Source: an uncultured delta proteobacterium
GTDB lineage: Bacteria; Desulfobacterota; Desulfobacteria; Desulfobacterales; JAFDCJ01
Reading direction: 5' to 3'
NCBI GenBank assembly: GCA_963769935.1
Contig: CAVYNY010000004.1
Coordinates: 1 to 64,000 of the forward strand
Length of the DNA stretch: 64,000 nucleotides
Shown here: positions 28,058 to 38,365 of the stretch, piece by piece
How positions within the stretch are numbered: the first letter of the stretch is position 1
Layout of the letters: each line of letters begins with the position of its first letter
Program-made: the position numbers and the translations under genes
Notes under the pieces: generated by a model
Seen by the model: the letters and a program-made list of their open reading frames with translations, nothing else
Database searches by the model: none
Told to the model about the DNA's origin: nothing

Positions 28058-30130
28058 ATGAGTGAAAAAGTTGAAAGTTTAAGAAACATTGCCCTGGTTG
28101 CTCATTCCGGAGCCGGGAAAACTTCGCTTGCCGAAGCCATGTTATACAACAGCGGAACCATTAAACGTTTGGGCCGAGTGGAAGACGGCAACGCGGCGAT
28201 GGATTTTGAACCGGAAGAACTCAAACGCCTATCCAGCATCAGCTCCGGATTCCATCAATTCGACTGGAAAAAAAACACCGTCACTATTATTGACACTCCC
28301 GGCGATCAGAACTTTTTCTCAGATACGCTGAGCTGTCAGCAGGCCGCTGACGGTGCCCTGGTTGTTATCGATGCCGTCGATGGTGTAAAGGTCCAAACCG
28401 AGCAAGCCTGGGAATTTGCCAAGGATTTCGACCAGCCATGCCTAATATTTATCAATAAACTCGATCGTGAACGCGCTGATTTTTCCCGTGCCGTTCAAGA
28501 CGCGGCTGGAATTTTTGAACCCAAACCCATCATTTTGCAACTTCCGATCGGTGCCGAAGCCGACTTTAAGGGCGTCGTCGATTTAATTAGCGGGAAGGCC
28601 TACATCTACGATGCGGACGGCAAAGCTCAAAAGGGCGATGTTCCGGCCGACATGCAGGAGCTGGTCGCAAGTGAGAAAGAAAATCTAATAGAAAACATAG
28701 CCGAAGCTGATGATGAATTGATCGAGCGCTATCTGGAAGGGGAAGAACTCAGCGATGAAGATTTAAGATCTGCCTTGAGAAAAGGCACCCTGACGCGCAC
28801 ATTCGTGCCGGTGGTGTGCGGTTCAGCCACCAAAAATATCGGGATTGATCTTTTGATGAACCTGATTGTAATTGCCATGCCTTCGCCCCAGGATCGCGGC
28901 CCTAAAATCGGCACCGATCCGGCGACGGGCGAGCAAACAGAGCGTGCACCTGATCCTGAAGCACCCTTTTCCGCTTTTGTGGTCAAAACACTGGCCGATC
29001 CTTATGCCGGACGGCTGACTATTTTCAGGGTGGTTTCCGGCACCCTCGGAGCCGACGGCACTTTCTACAATGCCAACAAGGAAACAAAGGAACGTTTCAA
29101 CCAATTGCTGACCATTACCGGCAAGGAGCAAAAGCCGGCACCGGGAGCAGGACCCGGTTCCATTGTGGCCGTGGCCAAACTCAAGGAAACCCTTACAGGT
29201 CATACGCTCTGCGATGAGAATAATAAGATTGTGTATCAATGTGCCGACCCCCTGCCCCCATTGATTTCCTTTGCAATCGCTGCCAAGTCTAAAGGCGATG
29301 AAGACAAAATATTCAGCTCCTTAACCAAACTGCTGGAAGAGGATCCGGCGCTGAAAGTGGATCGAATATCTGAAACCAGAGAAATCCTCTTGTCGGGTCG
29401 CGGTCAAATTCACATCGAAACCATCGTTGACAAGCTGAGGAGAAAATTTAACGTCGAAGTGGTGTTAAATACACCCAAAGTCCCCTACCGCGAAACCATT
29501 AAGAAAAAAGTCAGAGTCCAGGGCCGGCATAAAAAACAAACCGGCGGCCACGGACAATTTGGTGACTGCTGGGTCCAGCTGGAGCCGATGCCCCGAGGAA
29601 AAGGATTTGAATTCGTCGATGCGGTTGTCGGCGGTGCGATTCCCAGAACGTATATTCCGGCTGTCGAAAAGGGAATTATCGAAGCATCTCAAAAAGGCGT
29701 CCTGGCAGGATTTCTGTGCGTCGACTTTAAAGCTACCCTCGACGACGGCTCTTATCATGCCGTGGATTCATCTGAAATGGCGTTTAAAATTGCAGGGTCG
29801 CTCGCTTTTAAAAAAGCGGCTGAAGACGCCCAGCCGGTTCTGTTGGAACCCATCATGTATGTTACGATTACGGCACCGGATGAATTTATGGGGGATATCA
29901 TGGGAGATCTGAACGGCAGGCGCGGCAGGGTTCTCGGCATGGACAGCGCCGGAAAAAATCAGGTCATCAAAGCCAACGTGCCGATGGCCGAATTCTTGAC
30001 CTATGCGCCGGATCTCAGGTCCATGACGGGCGGGCGTGGGGTCTATACCATGGAGTTTTCCCACTATGATGAGGTGCCGGCCCACATCTCCGAAAAAATC
30101 GTCGAAGAGGCACACAAAAATAAAGAATAA
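28058..30130 (+). CDS. fusA: Elongation factor G paralogue (EF-G2-like)
   Basis: AHSGAGKTS, DTPG, NKLD, KQTGGHGQF, VDSSEMAFK; outside an rpsL-rpsG-tuf context. Confidence 0.88.
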   Translation: MSEKVESLRNIALVAHSGAGKTSLAEAMLYNSGTIKRLGRVEDGNAAMDFEPEELKRLSSISSGFHQFDWKKNTVTIIDTPGDQNFFSDTLSCQQAADGALVVIDAVDGVKVQTEQAWEFAKDFDQPCLIFINKLDRERADFSRAVQDAAGIFEPKPIILQLPIGAEADFKGVVDLISGKAYIYDADGKAQKGDVPADMQELVASEKENLIENIAEADDELIERYLEGEELSDEDLRSALRKGTLTRTFVPVVCGSATKNIGIDLLMNLIVIAMPSPQDRGPKIGTDPATGEQTERAPDPEAPFSAFVVKTLADPYAGRLTIFRVVSGTLGADGTFYNANKETKERFNQLLTITGKEQKPAPGAGPGSIVAVAKLKETLTGHTLCDENNKIVYQCADPLPPLISFAIAAKSKGDEDKIFSSLTKLLEEDPALKVDRISETREILLSGRGQIHIETIVDKLRRKFNVEVVLNTPKVPYRETIKKKVRVQGRHKKQTGGHGQFGDCWVQLEPMPRGKGFEFVDAVVGGAIPRTYIPAVEKGIIEASQKGVLAGFLCVDFKATLDDGSYHAVDSSEMAFKIAGSLAFKKAAEDAQPVLLEPIMYVTITAPDEFMGDIMGDLNGRRGRVLGMDSAGKNQVIKANVPMAEFLTYAPDLRSMTGGRGVYTMEFSHYDEVPAHISEKIVEEAHKNKE

Positions 30131-30233
30131 TGGCAAGCAGCACCAAGTAGCGGCAAATTCAGGAATTTGGGAATTATTTGAAACATCCGGATAATATTAC
30201 CAAATTCCTGAATGCCGAATCGCCCTTCATACT

Positions 30234-30926
30234 TCAATTTCTCTCTTCGTAACACCAAAACTGAACGATACACTCTTTGGCGGGGGCGTAGCCGGCCTGA
30301 AAAGCGTCCCATTTGCTGGAAAACTCGATCCTATTGGCGGCCTTTATTTTCTTGGCATAAGGACAAGCCGCAGAATGAAATCTGCGAGACTTGGAATTTC
30401 CGATGTACTTTTCGTTATTTTCTTTCCAATTACGCCATATTCCCTTGCCGGAGGCCATGGCTGCCAGCTGGTCATGGTACAGAATTTTCGCATATTTCAC
30501 ATTGGGCCATCGATACAGATAAAAGGCCATTCCGTCTTGCAGCAGACGGGAATTTACAAATGATCCATCCGGCAGGAATATATAAGCCAGCATGCGCCCG
30601 TATTGATCGTAGCGCTCGGTATCGAATTCAAGACGAATGCGCCGGTTCATAAGCAGATTTTTATTAAAAGACCTGGCCTTGTAACCAAAAGGCTGGGCCT
30701 TCTGGTCTTTATGGTCGATTTCAGGCGCGTTGATGCCAAGGTAGCGGATCCGCTGCCCGGTGGTCAAAACAATGGTGTCACCATCGTCTACCCACTTTAC
30801 CGCATGCCAGGTCTGGGCGGGAGCATATTGTGCGGAAAATACTAAAAATAAGGTCGCAAAGAGTGCGAAAACCCTGGGCAATGAAAATTGAAGATTGAAA
30901 ATTGAAGATTTATGGAAGTTTGTCAT
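30234..30926 (-). CDS. Thermonuclease (SNase) family protein with C-terminal Ada-like metal-binding domain
   Basis: DDGDTI, IRYLGINAPE, DQYGRMLAY; C-terminal YIGNSKSRRFH..AC...GYAPAKEC; N-terminal signal/TM segment. Confidence 0.9.
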   Translation of the reverse strand: MTNFHKSSIFNLQFSLPRVFALFATLFLVFSAQYAPAQTWHAVKWVDDGDTIVLTTGQRIRYLGINAPEIDHKDQKAQPFGYKARSFNKNLLMNRRIRLEFDTERYDQYGRMLAYIFLPDGSFVNSRLLQDGMAFYLYRWPNVKYAKILYHDQLAAMASGKGIWRNWKENNEKYIGNSKSRRFHSAACPYAKKIKAANRIEFSSKWDAFQAGYAPAKECIVQFWCYEERN

Positions 30927-32041
30927 TTTAATTCTTCAATCTTCAATTGACTCACCCCGCAATGTTTCACCGCCTGCTCATCCAGCAATTTGTTTAGACC
31001 GCCTTGTTCCGAAACCGTGAATCCCATGGATTTTTGCCAGACCTCATCATCTTCCATACAAAAATAAATGAATACCTGCGGCGCAAATTTACGTATGCAG
31101 GCAATAATTTTTCGATACACCGCAATGCGCAACGGCTTGAAATAACGCATTTTGCCATCTATACCCGTGATAAATTCTCCGTAAATAATTTTTGATTTTG
31201 GAAAGCGTTTTTGAATAAGCGGCTTTAGAGACGGCATGAAGCGAAAGGTGCCCAGGCTGATCCATACAACGTTGTCCGGGGCAACATGCGAGAAGATTGT
31301 TTTTACAACGCCTTCATAATCGGCTTCGCAGCCGTCATAGATTACAATCGGATCAAAATGGAAAGCCAGGGGATACCCCCATGATTGGCACCTGGCGGCG
31401 GCTTTGAGTCTGGCCGCAAGTGAGGCGGTACGTTGTTCCTCCTCGGCAATTACCCGGGGCGTGTTGACAGACCATGACACAATAGTTTTGCGGTTATGGG
31501 TTAAATGTTTCAAGCCATTGATGGCGGTCGTTTTTGTTTTCAGTTCCAGAACGGCCTGCCGTTGGGCGGCAAAAGCGGGGACCAGCTCTCGGCTGAGACC
31601 GGTCCACGGCTCCCAGATCAAACTGTCGGTGAACTCCCCGGTTCCTATTCTATGAATTTTGTTGTCCGTGAAAATCCGGTTGAGCTCCGTGAACAGATCG
31701 TTATGATTGACAAAATATTGCAGCACCGGTGGGTGGAAATAGGACTGCAGGATACAGTAGGTGCAATCCATATGGCAAAAAGTACCGATATGCAGAATCT
31801 CATACCCGCAGCAGGCATAAGAGCGGGTGCCCGGACATTTTCGAATAAAAGCGCCCTTATTGCCGGTAAGAAAAAGAACGGATTTGGCCTCATGGATGGG
31901 ATCCGGTGCAGCGGACATACGATCATACACCATCTGAGCGTCGGATACGGTTTCATACGGCAGATCCAGTCGACGGACAATGGCATTGACTTCAACAGAA
32001 TCCTTGACTTGCTGATCGATGTAGAGTTTTTGGATGGACAT
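30923..32041 (-). CDS. Spore photoproduct lyase (SplB)-family radical SAM protein
   Basis: CPGT..Y.CC.Y, CHMDCTYC, GTGEFTDSL, ELKTK, FHFDP, YFCME. Confidence 0.87.
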   Translation of the reverse strand: MSIQKLYIDQQVKDSVEVNAIVRRLDLPYETVSDAQMVYDRMSAAPDPIHEAKSVLFLTGNKGAFIRKCPGTRSYACCGYEILHIGTFCHMDCTYCILQSYFHPPVLQYFVNHNDLFTELNRIFTDNKIHRIGTGEFTDSLIWEPWTGLSRELVPAFAAQRQAVLELKTKTTAINGLKHLTHNRKTIVSWSVNTPRVIAEEEQRTASLAARLKAAARCQSWGYPLAFHFDPIVIYDGCEADYEGVVKTIFSHVAPDNVVWISLGTFRFMPSLKPLIQKRFPKSKIIYGEFITGIDGKMRYFKPLRIAVYRKIIACIRKFAPQVFIYFCMEDDEVWQKSMGFTVSEQGGLNKLLDEQAVKHCGVSQLKIEELK

Positions 32042-32063
32042 AAGGCGGATGAGGGAGGAAGGA

Positions 32064-32693
32064 TTATTTGGTTATGCCGCGCGCCAATATTTCGAAGGCT
32101 ACGTCAAGCGTTTGTTTTAAAAAATCTTTCTCATCGTCGATCATTCGTTTGCTCTCCTCCCAGAGCACAACCCCGGTGAATAAAGACCATACAACGTCCG
32201 CTACGGCAGTAGGGTTGTTGTCGATAAAGCCATCTTTACCGGAATCCTCTTTAAATATCTGAGCCAGAATATTTAGAGAATTGCGAGACAGCTCCGTAAT
32301 ATTTTCGAGTAGCGGCGAAGATAAGTTTTTCAGAGTTTCGCTGGATTGAAGATGAAACATATTGATCAGAATCATGGGATCAAACTGATAAACGTCATAT
32401 AGTGCCTCTTTAATTGCAACAATTTTGTCCCGGGGATCAATATCTTTTTCCTTTTTCACATCTTCCAGTCTTATGTTTAGATACTGCAGAATCCTCAAGG
32501 AAAGCGAAGCATACAACTCGTCTTTATTTTTAAAATATAGGTACAGGGTCCCCGGACTCAACTCGGCTTCTCTGGCAATATCTTCCATGGTTGATTTCGA
32601 AAAGCCTTTTTCTGAAAACACGCGTTTTGCCGCCACAATTATCTGCTGGCGCCTTCTTTCACGCTCCCGTTTTTTTCTTTCCTGTATTCCCAT
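32064..32693 (-). CDS. TetR/AcrR family transcriptional regulator
   Basis: KGFSKSTMEDIAREAELSPGTLYLYFKNKDEL helix-turn-helix. Confidence 0.95.
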   Translation of the reverse strand: MGIQERKKRERERRRQQIIVAAKRVFSEKGFSKSTMEDIAREAELSPGTLYLYFKNKDELYASLSLRILQYLNIRLEDVKKEKDIDPRDKIVAIKEALYDVYQFDPMILINMFHLQSSETLKNLSSPLLENITELSRNSLNILAQIFKEDSGKDGFIDNNPTAVADVVWSLFTGVVLWEESKRMIDDEKDFLKQTLDVAFEILARGITK

Positions 32694-32726
32694 AATCTTC
32701 TGAAGATAATTTATTTGATAATCATC

Positions 32727-32754
32727 ACTATAATTGATAGAATGTGTTTGTCAA
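32727..32754 (-). promoter_or_regulatory. Putative sigma70 promoter of tetR
   Basis: Minus strand TTGACA-N16-TATAGT. Confidence 0.5.
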
Positions 32755-32783
32755 GTTATATTTGTTCATTTTATTATGTGTCG

Positions 32784-33767
32784 TTAATCTCGATCTTCAA
32801 TAATTTTTTTAAAACTTGGATGCACAATCAGCTGGTCTATTTTGTTTCTTAATTCAATGAGGTCCGCAAGGCTCGTAAAATTTAGATTCAGCATATAAGT
32901 GGTTCCTTCAAAGTCTTTGGGAGGAATTAATTTGATGTCGTTGCCGAGTTTTAATCGCTTGTGATGGTTTAGATAATTTTTTTCAGCTTCCAAAATTCGT
33001 GGAAAACGCCATTGACGCAGGAAGGATCTTATTTGATGTCCCTTTTGCGTGCGGTCAAGATCTTCATTATCGATAATCATTTGAAATCTTGGATCCTTCA
33101 TCACTTGCCGGACTGAGCTATTTTCGCGCTGCGCGATCTCAGCCACCAGAGTCAGGATTTCTTTTTGTTTGCTCAGGCTAAGTTTCAGTTGATCGAACAG
33201 ACGGGCAAAAACAACGGCACTATCAGGATCTAATTTTTCCAACTCAACGGCCATGGACAGCGAAACTGATTCGTTCAGGATGCTGCATTGTATGGACCAG
33301 GGTAACAAGCAGAGATCTTTAATTTTATTAAGAAGGGCTGGGTTTGCCGGCAATCCCAGCGTTGCTGCAGTCTCCGCCAATTGAATGTCGCGGGAAAAAA
33401 AGGATGACAATTTTTGAATAGCCCGGGAGGTTTCTATCAAATTGAGCTGCCTTTGGAGCGCATTTTCTGTAATGGCCAAACGCAGACAATCAAGGTGATC
33501 CGCATCAGAATTCAGGATGCGGGCAACGATATCATGGTAACCCAATTTTTGGCAGGCGTGGACACGGCGAAAACCGCTGACGATCACATGCCCCGAAGGA
33601 TGATTCTGAATCAGGGTTGGTGGGTGAATGAGGCCGTCCTGCCGAATGGAAGTCGCCAGTTCATCGACATCCTCCCGGGTGGTAATGCGAAAGTCATCAT
33701 TTTGCAGGGTAATGCTTGCCAGGGGAACTGTTTGATATCGTGCTGATTGAATGGGTTGAGATGGCAT
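32784..33767 (-). CDS. ParB/Srx N-terminal domain protein (orphan)
   Basis: LATSIRQDGLIHPP...IVSGFRRVHA...EN..QRQLNLIE. Confidence 0.85.
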   Translation of the reverse strand: MPSQPIQSARYQTVPLASITLQNDDFRITTREDVDELATSIRQDGLIHPPTLIQNHPSGHVIVSGFRRVHACQKLGYHDIVARILNSDADHLDCLRLAITENALQRQLNLIETSRAIQKLSSFFSRDIQLAETAATLGLPANPALLNKIKDLCLLPWSIQCSILNESVSLSMAVELEKLDPDSAVVFARLFDQLKLSLSKQKEILTLVAEIAQRENSSVRQVMKDPRFQMIIDNEDLDRTQKGHQIRSFLRQWRFPRILEAEKNYLNHHKRLKLGNDIKLIPPKDFEGTTYMLNLNFTSLADLIELRNKIDQLIVHPSFKKIIEDRD

Positions 33768-33779
33768 TTTTGTTTAATT

Positions 33780-33903
33780 GGTTTCAGGTGCCAGCCGAAC
33801 CGCTGGAATGAAATGCAGCCAGATTGATCGAAGACGAAATTCTAAAAAAGAGGTTCGTTTTCAACAACTTTGTTTTTCTCCTGACACCCGAAACCTGAAA
33901 CCT
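33780..33903. repeat. Dispersed miniature element (GGTTTCAGGTGYCAG family), copy A
   Basis: Inverted arms GGTTTCAGGTGCCAG / CTGACACCCGAAACCTGAAACC; core resembles 38256-38345. Confidence 0.75.
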
Positions 33904-33904
33904 A

Positions 33905-34809
33905 TCACAATTGTAGCCCGTGACTGTCACCGGTGAGTTGAGAGAGTGCTTCCAGATATTTTTTTCGCGTATTGCGAACAATATCTTCCGGAAGCGAAGG
34001 GCCGGGGGGTTGTTTATTCCACCTGATCGAAATCAGATGGTCTCTGACATATTGTTTGTCGAAACTCTGCTGGGGGCCTCCGGGCTGATAGGAATCCTTG
34101 GGCCAGAAACGAGATGAATCCGGCGTCAAAACTTCATCAATAAGAATGAGGTCACTGCCCTGGAGTCCGAATTCGAATTTTGTATCGGCAATAATAATGC
34201 CCTTTTCATCCGCCATTTCAGCGCCCCGTTTGTAGATGGCAAGACTTAACTCTTTTACCTTCGACGCCAAGTCGCTTCCGATCCTTTTGGCCGCTTCATC
34301 AAAATCGATATTCATATCATGCGCACCGAGTTCTTCTTTGGTGGAAGGTGTAAATATCGGTTCCGGCAGCTTGTCGGATTCCCGCAAACCCTGCGGCAAT
34401 CGTATGCCGCAAACCATCATAGATTCCTGATAGGATTTCCATCCGGAACCGGATAAATATCCTCTGACCACACACTCAATCGGTAAAGGTCGCGGTCTTT
34501 TTAACCAGCATGCTGCGTCCCCGCAAGATTTCCGCATAAGGCTTGCAAACCGCGTGGATACTCATTGACGTCGGCGGTAATCACATGATTCTCGATGATC
34601 GATTTCATAATTTCGAACCAGTATAGTGAAATCTGGGTCAGAATGGTACCCTTATCCGCAATAGGATCCGGCATAACCACATCAAACGCGGAAATTCGGT
34701 CGGTGGCGACCATTAAAAGATTTTCTCCAAGGTCATAAATATCCCTGACTTTTCCCCTCTTGATCAGATTTAGATTTTTAAAATCTGTTTGACTGACAGG
34801 TGCTTGCAT
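33905..34809 (-). CDS. purC: SAICAR synthase (two apparent single-base insertions near 34554 and 34493)
   Basis: [54 protein letters not shown]. Confidence 0.95.
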
Positions 34810-34872
34810 TGATAGATAATCCTTTCAGAGCGCACAAAAAGTTTATTCGCTTCTGTTTCACCTTCGACTATT

Positions 34873-35215
34873 TTATTGATTCCCCCAGTCGCTGATAAAT
34901 TTTTTTAATATCTTGGTCGTTTTTTCATCCAGATCCTGAAACTGGATTCCGATTTGATATTTTCCTCCCTCGATTGATCGAATATGGACCGGGTTTACCC
35001 TTGATATCCAGCAGATCTTCTTCCAAGCTGATGGTCAACCGCAGCGTGTGTTTGGATTCAATCGGAAAATGGGTTTCCAACAACATGCCCGACTCGGATA
35101 TATTCAACGTTCGGCCCATTCCCTGTTTGACGATATTTTCGTCTTCATCAAGACAAATGTATGACAGATTGAGTGATTCGATACGTTCATGTTTTCTTTT
35201 GTTTTCGGAAGTCAT
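34873..35215 (-). CDS. PilZ domain protein (indel near 34991)
   Basis: RKHER (RxxxR) and NISESG (D/NxSxxG). Corrected tail KPVHIRSIEGGKYQIGIQFQDLDEK...GNQ*. Confidence 0.88.
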
Positions 35216-35283
35216 GGCATTTTCTTTTTCTTTAGGATTAAGGGTTGATGGAATATGCGTTTAACTATTTGGAAAATGATCTC

Positions 35284-36440
35284 TTAAAGTAATCCGTTGC
35301 GATCAGTGTGGTCACGGATATACAGGTGGCCAGATGCCGAGTATGTTCTGCAGGGTTGACGAAAGCTTTTCATGTTCTTTCTGTAAAACTTTCGGATCCA
35401 GCGAGCCGAGTTTAAGGTTCGGCGATGCAAAAATTGATGCCGAATAAGGTTCATGCCCCATATCCAGAAAGGGAACGTGTCCGAAAAAATCATCCTTTTC
35501 AAGACGCGCCAAAGGTACGATGACCGGCATCGGTTTCCCGCGCCACATAAGCCTCTCCGGCACGGATCCGAAACAGGCGTTCTTCGTCCTGCCCCTGTTT
35601 AATGAGAATTTTTTTGCCTTTTACAAACTCGGCAATCGCTTTATTTTCAGAATAGATTTCAACGGCCATGTCGGTGACCTGTTTTAGCCTCTTATCAAGT
35701 CCCCTAATAAATTCCCTGTATTCCATCGAGCAATTCGCCAATTCACTTGTCATCAACTGGGCATCCAGCATGCCGAGTTGAACATTTCCCTTTGCCGTCA
35801 CGGTGGCGCTGCGCACATTGTCACCCTTCAGAAGTGAGGCGATACTGCCCAGAAATGCGCCATCACCGATTCGGAGAAGCTTTAATTTTCCTTTGGGGGT
35901 TTCTTTAACAATTTCGGCGATTCCCTCCAGGATCACCCATATCCAGTTTCCATGATTGCCTTCATGGACAATTTCATCCCCGTCGTAAAAGCCTTCTTCG
36001 TCGACCACAAAAGAATAGTCGACCAGAGGACCCTTGATTAATTGCAATGAACCTGATTGTTCGGACCGGTTTCGCAGGCTTGGTTTCACTGTCGGCCGGT
36101 CCCAGCAGCTCCACCTGCCCTCGTCCAGCAACCGCAAACCATCCAGAATAATTTCCATGCGGCTTTTGTTAATTATCTTCTCACAGGTGACAGGTTCCTG
36201 GATGAATTCGAATTGGCCGTCTTTCCAGCCAAACAGGGAAAATAGTGCATCAATGCCGGTCTTTGGAACCGTTGATGGCATTGATCGGGTTGCCTTTGTC
36301 GATGTAAATGACACCCGGCTGGGAAGCGTAATCGCTGATTATCTTCACCATGCCGGTTCCGGAAGTCGTCCCCAGCAACTGCAAAGTTCACCCAAATTCA
36401 AGAAAGCTTAAATTACCTGCGAATGCAACACTCCGGCCAT
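35284..36440 (-). CDS. DUF4388 + tandem cyclic-nucleotide-binding domain protein (several indels)
   Basis: N-terminal AFAGNLSFLNLGELLQLLG...W.DGQFEF...MEIILDGLRLLDE, then cNMP-type HEG..GNWIWVILEG...G.FLG...RSATV and a second domain FFGHVPF...SASI. Confidence 0.75.
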
Positions 36441-36449
36441 TGTTAGAAA

Positions 36450-37067
36450 TTACCCATCCAAATTCAATTCTTTTTGAAGCGCTTTTAATACCAATTTCAG
36501 ACAGGCATTAAGGGTTTTACCGACGCCGTCTCCCTTTAAGGCACTGCCCGGTACAGCCGGAACCTTTAACTGCCGATTGAGATCATGTTGCATTTTTTCC
36601 ATCGGCATCAGGGTAATATTGGCATCGGTGAGATCTCTTTTGTTGAATTGCATGACCAAAGGCACTTCAAAAATACTGATATTGTACTCTTTCAGATTTT
36701 GCTGGAGGTCTTTCAGCGCCAGCATATTTTTCTCACGTCTGACTTCTAGGGAATCGGCAACAAAAATAATGCCGTCGGCTCCCCTTAAGACCAGTTTTCG
36801 AGTCGAACTGCTAGCGCACCTGTCCCGGCACGGTGTATAACTGAACTCTGAACATCACAACCCATAAGCTTGCCGAGCTCCAAGGGTAAAAAATCAAAGA
36901 AAAGGGTTCGGTCGCCATCCGTGTTGATAGAAACCATATCCCCTTTTACTTGCTTTTTAAACGCCTTGTGAATATATTCAAGGTTAGTCGTTTTTCCGCA
37001 CCGAGCAGGCCCGTAATAAACGATCTTGCACTCGATTTGTCTTTTCTTTAAGATTTACAATCGCCAT
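36450..37067 (-). CDS. mglA: MglA-family small Ras-like GTPase (three apparent insertions)
   Basis: Reconstructed KIVYYGPARCGKTTNL, DRTLFFDFLP, LYTVPGQVRY, RKLVLRGADGIIFVADS, QFNKRDL. Confidence 0.9.
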
Positions 37068-37250
37068 CTGAATTAACTCATAGAATTACAATAACTTATC
37101 ATATCACAATCAAGACCGATCCGAAAGACAAATTGCAAATTATGTTTAACTATAACTACTTATCCTATTTTTATATCCTCTGTCAATAAATGGGATTGCA
37201 TAAATGAGGTTGACAATATACAAATTTATGTTAACAAACGTTTCTTTTAA

Positions 37251-38242
<992 letters not shown>

Positions 38243-38255
38243 TTCAGAAACGAAA

Positions 38256-38345
38256 AGGTTTCAGGTGTCGGGTTTCAGGTGTCAGCCAAGCCGCTGGCCG
38301 CGGAGCGGCCACTTTGATCGAGAGAGGAAACTTTAAAAAAGCGGA
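38256..38345. repeat. Dispersed miniature element, copy B
   Basis: AGGTTTCAGGTGTCGGGTTTCAGGTGTCAGCCAAGCCGCTGGCC...TTTGATCGAGAGAGGAAACTTTAAAAAAG. Confidence 0.75.
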
Positions 38346-38365
38346 TTATGAGACTCCGAATCCAA

